A DNA stretch of 64,000 bases from contig JAFGCX010000031.1 of assembly GCA_016932415.1 (NCBI GenBank), positions 3,486-67,485 on the forward strand, in the 5' to 3' direction. A program made the translations under genes and the position numbers. This DNA is from Candidatus Krumholzibacteriota bacterium. GTDB taxonomy: Bacteria > Krumholzibacteriota > Krumholzibacteriia > Krumholzibacteriales > Krumholzibacteriaceae. The stretch's first letter is position 1, and each line of letters begins with the position of its first letter. Positions 40,256-50,471 of this stretch are shown here, in pieces. The notes beneath the pieces are model-generated. The model did no database searches, was not told where the DNA came from, and was given only the letters and a program-made list of their open reading frames with translations.

Positions 40256-41437
40256 ATGAGCGAAGTAGTGATCGCCGGCGCGGTGAGGACCGCGATGGGT
40301 AAATTCCAGGGAGGATTATCTTCCTTTACCGCGCCCCAGCTCGGGGCAAAGGCGATAGAGGAAGCAGTAAAAAGAGCGGGGATCGAAAAAAGCCTGGTCA
40401 CTGAAGTAATCATGGGCAATGTGGTGGGTGCGGGGCTGGGGCAGAATCCCGCGCGCCAGGCGGCTCTCGGTGCAAAACTGGATTTCGCGGTCTCGGCTCT
40501 TACCGTGAACAAGGTATGCGGTTCAGGGTTGAAAGCGGTTGTACTCGGTACGCAGGCTCTGAAACTCGGTGATGAGGAGATCGTAGTCGCCGGTGGGATG
40601 GAATCGATGAGCAACGCTCCGTATATCCTTCGACAGGCCAGGACGGGGTACCGTCTTGGTGACGGGAAGATAGTGGATACGATGGTGTACGATGGCCTGT
40701 GGGACGCCTATAACGATTTTCATATGGGTAACACGGGGGAGATCACGGCCGAAAGGTATGGCGTATCCCGCAAGGAGATGGACGAATACGCTTATAACAG
40801 CCACCGTAAGGCGGTCGCGGCGATCAAATCGGGAAAGTTCAAGGACGAGATCTTCCCGGTCGAGGTCCCGGTAAGAAAAGGTGATCCTGTCATCTTCGAT
40901 ACCGATGAAGGCCCGAGAGCTGAAGTCAGTATCGAGACAATGGGAAAACTCAAACCTGTCTTCAAGAAAGACGGTGTGATAACCGCCGGTAACGCGTCGC
41001 AGATAAGCGACGGAGCGTCAGCGCTGGTCCTTATGACAGACACGAAAGCTTCCAAGCTTGGCATCGAGCCTGTGGCGAGGGTAACGGGCTACGCGACGGG
41101 GGGTCTCGAACCGGAACTCGTCATGATGGCCCCCACAGTGGCCGTTCCAAAACTTCTGAAAAAGACCGGCATGAAACTCGACGATTTCGACCTCATTGAA
41201 CTGAACGAGGCATTCGCCGTTCAGCCGTGCGCGGTCATGAAAAATCTAGGCATGGATCCGGAAAAGGTCAATATCAATGGTGGAGCCGTGGCGTTGGGAC
41301 ATCCGATAGGTTGCTCCGGCACCAGGATACTGGTCACCCTTATACACGCGCTAATGCATACGGGCGGGAAAAAAGGCCTCGCGACTCTATGTCTCGGTGG
41401 AGGAAACGCGGTCGCTTTAAGTATAGAGATGTTGTAG
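40256..41437 (+). CDS. Acetyl-CoA C-acetyltransferase (thiolase II)
   Basis: [12 protein letters not shown] (active-site Cys), [47 protein letters not shown]. Confidence 0.9.
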   Translation: MSEVVIAGAVRTAMGKFQGGLSSFTAPQLGAKAIEEAVKRAGIEKSLVTEVIMGNVVGAGLGQNPARQAALGAKLDFAVSALTVNKVCGSGLKAVVLGTQALKLGDEEIVVAGGMESMSNAPYILRQARTGYRLGDGKIVDTMVYDGLWDAYNDFHMGNTGEITAERYGVSRKEMDEYAYNSHRKAVAAIKSGKFKDEIFPVEVPVRKGDPVIFDTDEGPRAEVSIETMGKLKPVFKKDGVITAGNASQISDGASALVLMTDTKASKLGIEPVARVTGYATGGLEPELVMMAPTVAVPKLLKKTGMKLDDFDLIELNEAFAVQPCAVMKNLGMDPEKVNINGGAVALGHPIGCSGTRILVTLIHALMHTGGKKGLATLCLGGGNAVALSIEML

Positions 41438-41492
41438 GAGAGAGAGGCCCGCTCCGGCGCGGGACGTCTTTCGAGTTTTGAAGGAGAGTAAT

Positions 41493-42347
41493 ATGGCAAT
41501 AGAAAAGGTCGCCGTAATAGGCGCTGGGACCATGGGCAATGGCATCGCGCAAGTGTTCGCGGCGCATTCATTCGAGGTCCTGATGATCGACGTGAAGGAA
41601 GAATTCGTCAAGAGAGGGCTCGACGCGATCGATAAAAGCCTGGCAAGGATGGTGAAAAAGGAAAAGATATCGGAAGGGGAAAAGGGCGAGATCCTCGGCA
41701 GGATCACTACTTCGACCGATACCTCCGACGCGGCCTCATGCCAGGTGGTAGTCGAGGCGGTCTTCGAGGATTTTGAGGCGAAAGCGGCGATATTCAGAAA
41801 ACTTGACGATGTTTGCGGGAAAGAGACGATTTTCGCCAGCAATACATCCTCGATCTCGATCACCGCGCTCGGAGCAGCTTCAGGCAGACCGGACAGGTTC
41901 ATCGGAATGCATTTCATGAACCCCGTTCCCTTGATGAAACTCGTCGAGATCATCAGGGGGTTAGCGACAAGCGACGAGACGACAGGCCTGATAACCGGTC
42001 TCAGCGAAAAACTTTCCAAGACTCCGATAGAGGTAAACGATTATCCCGGTTTCATCGCCAACAGGATACTGATGCCGATGATAAACGAGGCTTGCTACTG
42101 TCTGATGGAGGGTGTCGCGACTGCCGAAGCGATAGACGGAGTGATGAAACTCGGTATGGCCCATCCGATGGGGCCTTTGACGCTGGCGGACCTCATAGGT
42201 CTTGATATCTGTCTCAATATTCTCAGGGTCCTCCATGACGGTCTAGGAGACCCGAAATACAGGCCATGTCCCCTGCTTGTCAAAAAAGTTGAGGCGGGAT
42301 ACCTCGGAAGAAAGTCGGGGAAAGGTTTCTACGATTACGTAAGCTGA
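41493..42347 (+). CDS. hbd: 3-hydroxybutyryl-CoA dehydrogenase
   Basis: [19 protein letters not shown]...SNTSSISIT...[16 protein letters not shown]...[16 protein letters not shown]...[11 protein letters not shown]. Confidence 0.9.
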   Translation: MAIEKVAVIGAGTMGNGIAQVFAAHSFEVLMIDVKEEFVKRGLDAIDKSLARMVKKEKISEGEKGEILGRITTSTDTSDAASCQVVVEAVFEDFEAKAAIFRKLDDVCGKETIFASNTSSISITALGAASGRPDRFIGMHFMNPVPLMKLVEIIRGLATSDETTGLITGLSEKLSKTPIEVNDYPGFIANRILMPMINEACYCLMEGVATAEAIDGVMKLGMAHPMGPLTLADLIGLDICLNILRVLHDGLGDPKYRPCPLLVKKVEAGYLGRKSGKGFYDYVS

Positions 42348-42359
42348 CAGATCTGGCGG

Positions 42360-42767
42360 TTATTTCTCCTCCAGTTCGATAAGGACTTTCATAGTCGATC
42401 CTGGATGGAGGAACGCAACCGGGTGTCCTTCGGCTCCGTCGCGGGGCACCCGGTCGATCAATTCTATACCCTCGGAAGACAGTTCATCGAGAATCTTCCT
42501 GATATCATCGACTTCAAACGAAAGGTGATGGATTCCAGGCCCGCGTTTATCGACGAATTTCGTTATCGCGCTCTCCGGTGTTATTCCCTCCAGAAGCTCT
42601 ATCTTCGTGTTGCCGGTCGAAAGAAAAGCGATCTTCAATCCCCTGTCGGGAAGCGTCTTTTCTTCGATAAGTTCAAAACCGAGAATATCGCGATAGAGTC
42701 TTTTAGCCTCATCGATATCTTTCACGGCGATCCCAATATGATCAAGTTTTTTCAGTCTGTCCCGCAT
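42360..42767 (-). CDS. mce: Methylmalonyl-CoA epimerase (VOC/glyoxalase fold)
   Basis: LDHIGIAVKDIDEAKRLYRDILGF...KIELLE...GPGIHHLSFEVDDI...HPVAFLHP. ATG 42767 is preceded by GGAGG. Directly downstream of a mutase gene. Confidence 0.8.
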   Translation of the reverse strand: MRDRLKKLDHIGIAVKDIDEAKRLYRDILGFELIEEKTLPDRGLKIAFLSTGNTKIELLEGITPESAITKFVDKRGPGIHHLSFEVDDIRKILDELSSEGIELIDRVPRDGAEGHPVAFLHPGSTMKVLIELEEK

Positions 42768-42804
42768 CTTTTTACCTCCTGAGGATCTGCCGGCGGCCGG
42801 CCAA

Positions 42805-44484
42805 CTATATTGTCGAGCCAGGCGAGTAACGTCCGAAAACCTTTTCAAGCGACGTAGAGATCTCGCCGAGAGTGCAATTTCCTTTTACCGCTTCTATTAT
42901 CAGAGGCATGAGGTTGCCAGTCCCTCTGCAGCCGTTCTCCACCGCGAGAAGGAGAGAGGCGATCTTATCCTTATCCCTTTTTTCCTTGAAAGCTTTCAAT
43001 CTGGCGACATGCCGTTTCTCGATATCGGGATCTATGATGAATTCCCTCACCCTGGCAGAGTCACCACCTGTATATTTATTAACGCCGACGACTATGATAT
43101 CCTTTGCTTCGACGCTCTTCTGGTATTCATAAGCGCTTCTTTCGATCTCTTTCTGTGGGAACTGTGCTTCTATAGCTCTGGTCATTCCGCCGATCTCTTC
43201 GATACGGCCCATAAGATCGAGAGCCTTTTTCTCGATCTCATCGGTCATCTTCTCTACGTAGTAACTTCCGCCGAGAGGGTCTATCGTCTCGCACGCTCCC
43301 GATTCTTCCGCTATTAGTTGCTGTGTCCTCAGAGCTGTCAGCACTGAATCCTCGGATGGCAGGCTGAGAGCCTCATCCTTGGAATTGGTATGCAGCGACT
43401 GGGTACCGCCAAGCACAGCCGCCAGCGCCTGCATCGCCACCCTTACGACATTGTTCTCGACCTGCTGCGCGGTAAGAGAGCAACCGGCCGTCTGTGAATG
43501 GAATCTAAGAAGACATGATTTGTCCTTTTTCGCTCCGAAGCGTTCCTTCATAATCCTGGCGTAGATCCTTCTTGCCGCCCTGAATTTCGCCACCTCTTCG
43601 AAGACGTTATTATGCACGCAGAAGAAAAACGACAACCTGGGAGCGAATTCATCGACTTCGAGCCCGGCATCGAGGGCAGCCTTTACATATTCGACAGCGT
43701 CGGCCAGGGTGAAAGCGATCTCCTGCACAGCCGATGATCCCGCTTCTCGAATATGGTATCCGCTTATGCTGATAGTATTCCATTTTGGAGCGTTCATCCT
43801 GCACCATGAGAAGATATCGGTGATGATCCTCATCGAGGGAGCGGGAGGATAGATATATGTTCCCCTGGCGTAATATTCCTTAAGGATATCGTTCTGGATC
43901 GTTCCGGCTATCTTGTCAGTCGGTACACCTGTCTCTTCGGCGAGGGCGGCGTACATGGCGAGAAGGATCGAGGCGGTCGCGTTTATTGTCATTGAAGTCG
44001 AGACGCGGTCGAGTGGAATATCCTTCATGAGCCTTCTGAAATCCTCGATCGAGTCGATCGCGACTCCCGTCCTGCCGATCTCCCCTTCAGCCATCCTGTG
44101 ATCGGAATCGTATCCCATCTGTGTCGGGAGGTCGAAAGCTACGGAGAGTCCGGTCTGGCCTCTCTCGAGAAGATACCTGAATCTTTCGTTCGTCTCCTCA
44201 GCCGAACCGAAACCGGCGTACTGTCTCATCGTCCAGAACTTTCCGCGGAACATCGTCGGATAGACGCCGCGGGTGAAGGGGAATGAACCGGGAAATCCGA
44301 GGCGTTTTTCGTAGGTGCTTTCCGGGGCGTCTTCGGGAAGATACAGCGGGCCGATCTCTATGCCGGAAGTCGTGGCGAAGCGCTCCCTGCGTTCATTACC
44401 CTTATCCTTGAAAGGAGTGTAGATGTTTTTCCACCAGTCGTCCTTCGTCACAGCGTTCCTCTTTGCATCTGGCATCGATCTCAT
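42805..44484 (-). CDS. Methylmalonyl-CoA mutase large (catalytic) subunit, Tyr/Arg signature; start may be ATG 44475
   Basis: [10 protein letters not shown] (Tyr codon 44218..44220) and [12 protein letters not shown] (Arg codon 43864..43866). 559 aa with no fused B12 domain. Confidence 0.85.
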   Translation of the reverse strand: MRSMPDAKRNAVTKDDWWKNIYTPFKDKGNERRERFATTSGIEIGPLYLPEDAPESTYEKRLGFPGSFPFTRGVYPTMFRGKFWTMRQYAGFGSAEETNERFRYLLERGQTGLSVAFDLPTQMGYDSDHRMAEGEIGRTGVAIDSIEDFRRLMKDIPLDRVSTSMTINATASILLAMYAALAEETGVPTDKIAGTIQNDILKEYYARGTYIYPPAPSMRIITDIFSWCRMNAPKWNTISISGYHIREAGSSAVQEIAFTLADAVEYVKAALDAGLEVDEFAPRLSFFFCVHNNVFEEVAKFRAARRIYARIMKERFGAKKDKSCLLRFHSQTAGCSLTAQQVENNVVRVAMQALAAVLGGTQSLHTNSKDEALSLPSEDSVLTALRTQQLIAEESGACETIDPLGGSYYVEKMTDEIEKKALDLMGRIEEIGGMTRAIEAQFPQKEIERSAYEYQKSVEAKDIIVVGVNKYTGGDSARVREFIIDPDIEKRHVARLKAFKEKRDKDKIASLLLAVENGCRGTGNLMPLIIEAVKGNCTLGEISTSLEKVFGRYSPGSTI

Positions 44485-44495
44485 ACCTCCGGGTC

Positions 44496-46091
44496 CTACA
44501 GGGGGATGTTTCCATGTTTTTTGGGGGGAAGTTGCTGTCTCTTGTTGAGAAGGCTCTCAAGAGCGCTTATCAGCATCGGTCTTGTACTGTCCGGAGAGAT
44601 GACGTCGTCGAGATATCCCAGAGAAGCGGCGATGTAGGGGTTCTCAAACTGCTCCGCATAGTGATCTATCTGTCTCTGCAACTCCTTTTCGGGGTCATCA
44701 GACATCTTGATCTCTTTCCTGTAAAGGATATTGGCCGCTCCCTCGGCGCCCATCACGGCCAACTCGGCTGTCGGCCAGGCGATATTGTAATCAGAGCGGA
44801 TATGCTTGCTCGACATGACGCAATAAGCTCCTCCGTAAGCCTTTCTCGTGACGACAGTCAGTTTCGGCACTGTCGCTTCACAGTAGGCATAGATAAGTTT
44901 AGCGCCGTGCTTTATTATCCCAGCCCATTCCTGGTCGGTGCCGGGAAGGAATCCAGGTACATCCTCGAAGGTTATGAGCGGGATATTGAAAGCGTCGCAG
45001 AAACGGATGAACCTCGCTCCCTTTATCGAAGATTCAATGTCGAGGACTCCGGCAAGATGCTTCGGCTGGTTCGCCACTATCCCGACGACATGACCGTTGA
45101 GGCGAGCGTATCCGACGACGATATTTTTGGCGTACATCTTCTGGACTTCAAGGAATTCGCCGTCATCGACTACAAGGTTGATCACGTCGGTTATGTCATA
45201 TGGGGCGTTAGCGTTTTCCGGTACGATCTCGTTGAGACGCGGGTCCATCCGATTCGGGTCATCGGAAGGTGGAAGATAGGGAGGGTCTTCGAGATTGTTC
45301 TGCGGAAGATATGAGAGAAGGCGATGGATCTGATCGATGCAATCGTCGTCGTCCTCGGCGAGGAAATGGGCGACGCCGCTCTTTGTGTTATGGGTTCTTG
45401 CTCCGCCAAGTTCTTCCTGCGTCACATCCTCGTGGGTGACCTTCTTGATCACGTTGGGGCCGGTGATGAACATATGGCTGGTACCGTCGACCATGAAGAT
45501 GAAATCTGTCAGGGCGGGGGAATATACCGCTCCTCCGGCGCTCGGGCCCATTATCGCCGATATCTGTGGCACCACGCCCGAGGCGAGCGTGTTTCTCAGA
45601 AATATCGAAGCGTAGCCCGCCAGGCTGGCGACGCCCTCCTGAATTCTCGCTCCACCACTGTCGGAGAGCCCTACGACGGGAGCTCCGTTATCCAGGGCGA
45701 TATCCATCAGTCTTATGATCTTGCCGGCGTTCGATTCGCTTAAAGATCCTCCAAAGACCGTAAAGTCCTGCGCGAAAGCGTAGGTCAAACGGCCATTTAC
45801 CAGGCCGTGACCGCATACGACACCGTCTCCCACCATTTTTTTTTCAGCAAGTCCCGGCCAGGTCGATCTATGCGTCACGAATACGCCAAGTTCCTGAAAT
45901 GAGTCCTCGTCAAAAAGCAGATGAATCCTTTCCCGAGCGGTCAGTCTTCCTGATTTGTGTATCTTCTCGATCCGTTCCCTTCCTCCACCGAGAAGCGCCT
46001 GTTTGCGTTTTTTTTCGAGAGTCTCGAATTTCTCTTTTCTTGATTTCAAAACTGATCCTCCCCCGGAGGGTTCCGGAATTCCTTTATACAT
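44496..46091 (-). CDS. Methylmalonyl-CoA carboxyltransferase 12S / propionyl-CoA carboxylase beta subunit family
   Basis: [22 protein letters not shown]...[14 protein letters not shown]...[10 protein letters not shown]...FITGP.VIK...[11 protein letters not shown]. Alternative TTG start at 46049 with GGAGGA. Confidence 0.85.
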   Translation of the reverse strand: MYKGIPEPSGGGSVLKSRKEKFETLEKKRKQALLGGGRERIEKIHKSGRLTARERIHLLFDEDSFQELGVFVTHRSTWPGLAEKKMVGDGVVCGHGLVNGRLTYAFAQDFTVFGGSLSESNAGKIIRLMDIALDNGAPVVGLSDSGGARIQEGVASLAGYASIFLRNTLASGVVPQISAIMGPSAGGAVYSPALTDFIFMVDGTSHMFITGPNVIKKVTHEDVTQEELGGARTHNTKSGVAHFLAEDDDDCIDQIHRLLSYLPQNNLEDPPYLPPSDDPNRMDPRLNEIVPENANAPYDITDVINLVVDDGEFLEVQKMYAKNIVVGYARLNGHVVGIVANQPKHLAGVLDIESSIKGARFIRFCDAFNIPLITFEDVPGFLPGTDQEWAGIIKHGAKLIYAYCEATVPKLTVVTRKAYGGAYCVMSSKHIRSDYNIAWPTAELAVMGAEGAANILYRKEIKMSDDPEKELQRQIDHYAEQFENPYIAASLGYLDDVISPDSTRPMLISALESLLNKRQQLPPKKHGNIPL

Positions 46092-46260
46092 AAATAATCG
46101 ATATACTTACTCACCTATATTATTTAAAGATCCAGTCGTGGTCAATGGATTATAATGAATTTGATTGTAAAACTCGCCGCTTGGGATTATCATGTCACTT
46201 TCCATTTTGGCTCTTGTGCCGCCTGAAATGTTATTGCATTTTAATAAAAGGAGGTCAGCG

Positions 46261-46830
46261 ATGAACTGGAAATCACTGTTTTTCAGAACAGTCGTACCCG
46301 TCTTATCGCTCGTATTCGTCTTTTCGTGCGCGAAGAAAGAGGAAGCGGCGACGGAAAACAAACCCGAAGGTGGAGAAGAGGTCTTATCTTACGTTTCCGA
46401 CGAGGTCAGTTTCGGGCTTTTTTTCGACAGCGAGGGGACGAGCAGGACGATCAAACTGAAGAAGGACCAGAAGGAATTCACCGGTTATCTGTTCGTCGAT
46501 CTTCCTCCGCAGACTTCGATAGCCGCTGTCCAGTGGAAGCTTGAACTGCCCGAAGGGGTAGAGCTTGTCAATGACAAGTACCGCGATGAGCGGATCATGT
46601 CTATTGGCCAGATAAAGGTAGGGTTGAGCGAAAGATTCAAACCTTGCCTCGAAGGGCCAAAGGTATTGATACATACCCTGACATTCCTGGTTGTCGCCGA
46701 TCTGGAGAATGCCACCTTTTCTATTCTCCCGACCCAGGACAGCAAGACACTCGGAATCGCTTCATGCGAAGAAGGGTTCCCTGAGATCAGAGCTTCCGCG
46801 TACAAGGCGGTCGTAAACCCAGGCAACTGA
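46261..46830 (+). CDS. Hypothetical lipoprotein (beta-rich), co-oriented 14 nt upstream of the M6 protease
   Basis: AAAGGAGG SD. Signal plus lipobox (VFVFSC). No family recognised by eye. Confidence 0.5.
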   Translation: MNWKSLFFRTVVPVLSLVFVFSCAKKEEAATENKPEGGEEVLSYVSDEVSFGLFFDSEGTSRTIKLKKDQKEFTGYLFVDLPPQTSIAAVQWKLELPEGVELVNDKYRDERIMSIGQIKVGLSERFKPCLEGPKVLIHTLTFLVVADLENATFSILPTQDSKTLGIASCEEGFPEIRASAYKAVVNPGN

Positions 46831-46844
46831 TTTCCGGTGTTATT

Positions 46845-49688
46845 TTGAAACTGTTTTTTTCAACGACCAGATTTTTTTGCGGACTTGCCCTGGCTCTGAT
46901 CCTGCTGGGCACGATCCCCGGCGCGGGCCTTTCGAGGCCGGTCTCTCCCCGAGACGGCGGCCCCATGCCCGAGTCCTGTCTGAAGACGCTCAAGGAAGAG
47001 AAAGGCGCTTTCAGGCCTGGGCTAAGGTGGTTGAAAAGCAGAAGGTCTTTTCTTCACGATAAAAATCATTTTATGCCGTTCCCCGATGCCTCTGCCGGAG
47101 GATCGGGAGCGGTCATCAAGGGGAGCACTCTGCCGCCGGTTACCGGTGATTTCGTAATACCTGTGATAACAGGCGCCTTCAGCGATTTCAGCGAGACGCC
47201 GGAGTCTGTGGAAGAACTCCAGAGAATACTCTTCGATGGTCCGGCTTTTCCGGGAACTTTTTCCGAATATTACAGCGAGAACTCTTTCGGGAATCTTGAC
47301 GTCTCAGGAAAAGTATACGGCTGGGCGGAGCTTTCGCAACCAGAGATATATTATACAGGGCCGGTGAATCACGGCCTTACTCCCGGCGTATCGCACACGG
47401 ACGAGATGATCGCCGAGACTGTCGCCGCTCTCGACGGCGTCATCGATTTCGGTCTTTATGACAACGATGGCCCCGACGGTGTGGCAAATTCGGGGGATGA
47501 CGACGGTTATGTCGATCTTCTCGTCATTGTTCATCCCGCAAGGGGAGGAGAATGCGGCGGTCCCGATCATATCTGGTCTCATTCATGGCAGTATTCATCA
47601 TGGAACGAAGAGAGGGAGCCTCTCGAGACGCAGGATATATCCGCCGGTGGAGGCCATATAGTCATCGATGATTATTTTATAGCCCCTGCAGTTTCCTGCG
47701 AAGGCGGTCTGATAGAGATAGGAGTCTTCTGCCACGAGTTCGGCCATTCCCTCGGGCTTCCGGACCTTTATGACTATAACGGCGGAGGAAGAGGGATAGG
47801 TTTCTGGGGACTGATGGGGAGTGGTAACTGGAATACTCCCAAGTCGCCGGCGCACCTGTCCGCGTGGTCGCGCGAACAGCTTGGCTGGATAGATCCTGTA
47901 GAGATCGGCTGGGTCGAAGAGGAGCGCGTTCTTGAATCGATAAACGAGGGTGGAACTGTCCTGAAACTGGTATTGCCATCGAAACGTTTCCGCAGGATGC
48001 CGAATCCGTTCCCAGTGGGCGGAAAAGCGATGATTTGCGCCTATACCGAAGCCGAGGCGTCGGCGAGGGGATGGAACGGAGGAGCGGGGTATGGGAACGG
48101 GTGGAACGAATCGATCTTTCATCCATTTCACACTGATGGAAACGGCAGCTTGATCTTTGAATACAATATCGGCTTGGATGTCGAACCGGAGTACGATAAC
48201 GTCTATCTCTATCTCGACGCCGGTGGTAGTTCGCATCTCGTCGCTCAGTATACGGGAACGGTCTACCCGTTCAGGGAGGAGATAGACCTGGAGCCGTTTC
48301 TTCCCCAGGGTCCGGTGGATTTCATCATGAGGTTTCTCTTCGTCTCGGATTTTAATTTCAGCGACGAGGACAACAGGTACGATTCAATGGAAGGCTGGTC
48401 GCTGAATATCGATAACGTCGGACTTTACGGGGGTGGTAACGAGTATACATGCGATTTCGAGAAAGATGAGGGGGGTTGGCGTTGCGGCTCTGATCCTGCC
48501 GAATATTTTCTCGTCGAGAACCGCCAGCGGGGAGGTTTTGATATGAACCTTCCCGGTTCGGGACTTCTGGTGTGGCACGCCGAAAACAGCATAGCCTTCT
48601 CGGATCTTGGTAACAGTGGGGGATATTCCAATACGCAGGCGCGGGGTCTCGTCCTGCAGGAAGCTGACGGGCAGTTCGATCTGCTTGCGTATCTGGTCCC
48701 GCCCAATACCGGCGACAAGGGCGACCCTTTTCCGGGAAGCACTGGAAATAGTGATTTCGACTCGTACACGGTGCCGTCGAGCAGGGGAAACGACGGGCTT
48801 TCAACCCCTGTTTCGATACGTGGGATCTCCGGAGGATCGGCATTCTTCAGAGCAGGGATGCCCGCCCCCGTGATTTCCTCAGTCGAGCCTGGTTCTGTTG
48901 TCAGGGGAGAGGATCAGACAGTGATCCTTGATATAGCAGGTTCCGGATTCCTCTATGGCTCGACCTGTTTCCTTTCCAACGGCGCGACGATCATTCCAGC
49001 CATGGAGACCGAATGGTTCGGAGAGGGATCGTTAGAGGGATCGTTCGAAGCGGAACAGCTCTACCGCGGCCTGTGGGATCTTACCGTCATAAGCGGAGAC
49101 GCTCAGACATCCTCTCTCCCCGGCGCTCTCGCTGTCGAGTCGGTCTTCGGTCCGTTCAGAGTAGAATCGATGAGAAGTACGATAGATATCTTATGGGATG
49201 TCTACCTTACCGAAGGGCTCACAGGGTGCATGCTTTACAGAAAGTCGGAAGGGACAGGTTTCGTACCGGTAAGGGCGGATACTTTCAGGGAAGGCTCTGG
49301 GGAATTCATCTGGTCGGACAGCGGCGTCATACCGGAGATAGAGTATTCATACAGGATAACCGCCTTTTATCCCGGCAGGTCGGAGGACCTGATCCTTGCC
49401 GGGCCGTGGAGTATCGAGGATGAACCCTTTTCTCTCGATCGTGCCTATCCCAACCCGTTCGCGGAATCGGTATCGGTCGATTTTTTCCTCGACCGGCCTA
49501 TGATGATAGAGATGCTCGTCTATGATGTGTCGGGCCGGCGCATCGATTCGATCGAACGGGCGCCGTACACGAGAGGTGAAAATACGATAGTATGGATCCC
49601 TCGCTCCGGGACATCGGCATCTGTCTATTTTATTATCCTTGATAACGGTACCGCGAAAAAAACCGTCAAAGTCGTATTCCTCCCCTGA
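46845..49688 (+). CDS. Secreted M6 (immune inhibitor A-like) metalloprotease with T9SS-type C-terminal sorting domain; TTG start
   Basis: HEFGHSLGLPDLYD (47733..47747 = HEFGH). Signal peptide. The C-terminal about 80 aa is AYPNPFAESVSVDF...VYDVSGRRI...YFIILDNGTAKKTVKVVFLP, typical of a Por/T9SS CTD. Confidence 0.75.
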   Translation: MKLFFSTTRFFCGLALALILLGTIPGAGLSRPVSPRDGGPMPESCLKTLKEEKGAFRPGLRWLKSRRSFLHDKNHFMPFPDASAGGSGAVIKGSTLPPVTGDFVIPVITGAFSDFSETPESVEELQRILFDGPAFPGTFSEYYSENSFGNLDVSGKVYGWAELSQPEIYYTGPVNHGLTPGVSHTDEMIAETVAALDGVIDFGLYDNDGPDGVANSGDDDGYVDLLVIVHPARGGECGGPDHIWSHSWQYSSWNEEREPLETQDISAGGGHIVIDDYFIAPAVSCEGGLIEIGVFCHEFGHSLGLPDLYDYNGGGRGIGFWGLMGSGNWNTPKSPAHLSAWSREQLGWIDPVEIGWVEEERVLESINEGGTVLKLVLPSKRFRRMPNPFPVGGKAMICAYTEAEASARGWNGGAGYGNGWNESIFHPFHTDGNGSLIFEYNIGLDVEPEYDNVYLYLDAGGSSHLVAQYTGTVYPFREEIDLEPFLPQGPVDFIMRFLFVSDFNFSDEDNRYDSMEGWSLNIDNVGLYGGGNEYTCDFEKDEGGWRCGSDPAEYFLVENRQRGGFDMNLPGSGLLVWHAENSIAFSDLGNSGGYSNTQARGLVLQEADGQFDLLAYLVPPNTGDKGDPFPGSTGNSDFDSYTVPSSRGNDGLSTPVSIRGISGGSAFFRAGMPAPVISSVEPGSVVRGEDQTVILDIAGSGFLYGSTCFLSNGATIIPAMETEWFGEGSLEGSFEAEQLYRGLWDLTVISGDAQTSSLPGALAVESVFGPFRVESMRSTIDILWDVYLTEGLTGCMLYRKSEGTGFVPVRADTFREGSGEFIWSDSGVIPEIEYSYRITAFYPGRSEDLILAGPWSIEDEPFSLDRAYPNPFAESVSVDFFLDRPMMIEMLVYDVSGRRIDSIERAPYTRGENTIVWIPRSGTSASVYFIILDNGTAKKTVKVVFLP

Positions 49689-49704
49689 CCTGTCGATACC
49701 CGTT

Positions 49705-50328
49705 CTAAAACGAGTATGATGCTCCCAGCGAGAAGGTATAATGGACGAACTGGGAGTTTTGCGCCGAGACGCTCTGCCGGTCGAAACGGTAGATAGTATA
49801 CTCGTACGGAGCATAAAGTACGTCGATTCCCGCCTCAACGAGCATCTTCTTCCATACATACCTTCCGAGGTTCAACCCGGTGACCAGGTAAAAGGTCGTC
49901 TGTGATGGTTTGAAGGTGTCGGTGGGGGTGACCGTTATAGGGTTTGCCGATTGAAGCGCGAAGGCCGCTCTTACTCCGGGCCTGAACGGAAGGAAATGGG
50001 ATGAGAAGGCGATCAGGCCTATCTGGCTGTTGAATCCATGAATATTCTCTCCGTTGCCGCTGCAGGCATACGATCCGAGCCTGCTTTCCAGATAAAGATT
50101 GGTATATATCTCGTAACGGAACGCGGCATCGATCCCCGCGGCCTGATCGAGTCCGAAATAATCGGCGTCAAGCGCCGAAAAGGAACCAAGAAGCGCGATG
50201 TTTATCCTGCGGTCGGTCTGAGTCAACGCGGTGGAAGATAAAAGATGAAGGGACAAGAGGCAGATGACCAGTATTATCGCCGATCTGGCAAGAATCTTCG
50301 CGGACAGAGGAACTGAGTTAATCGCCAA
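49705..50328 (-). CDS. Small outer-membrane beta-barrel protein (about 8 strands)
   Basis: Signal peptide, alternating hydrophobic beta pattern, aromatic girdle residues, C-terminal ...LGASYSF. Confidence 0.55.
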   Translation of the reverse strand: MAINSVPLSAKILARSAIILVICLLSLHLLSSTALTQTDRRINIALLGSFSALDADYFGLDQAAGIDAAFRYEIYTNLYLESRLGSYACSGNGENIHGFNSQIGLIAFSSHFLPFRPGVRAAFALQSANPITVTPTDTFKPSQTTFYLVTGLNLGRYVWKKMLVEAGIDVLYAPYEYTIYRFDRQSVSAQNSQFVHYTFSLGASYSF

Positions 50329-50374
50329 TTCGTCTCCTTTCGAGTAGCGCCTTATCTTCCTTTTTCAGTACAAA

Positions 50375-50393
50375 TATAATGATAAATATGATT
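50375..50393. promoter_or_regulatory. Fur-box-like AT-rich operator candidate
   Basis: TATAATGATAAATATGATT matches 14/19 of the GATAATGATAATCATTATC consensus, including a 10/10 core ATAATGATAA. It lies between the OM barrel gene and the dtxR-like/feoB genes. Confidence 0.3.
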
Positions 50394-50413
50394 TAAAGAA
50401 AGAAATATTGAGA

Positions 50414-50442
50414 TTGACAGGAGATAAGGCGATATTTAGACT
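50414..50442 (+). promoter_or_regulatory. Sigma-70-like promoter candidate (TTGACA-17 nt-TAGACT) for the dtxR-like/feoB unit
   Basis: The hexamers and spacing were read directly. It lies about 30 nt upstream of ATG 50472 (SD GGGAGG). Confidence 0.4.
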
Positions 50443-50471
50443 CAGCCATCGTTGGAAGGGAGGTCGGCAGG

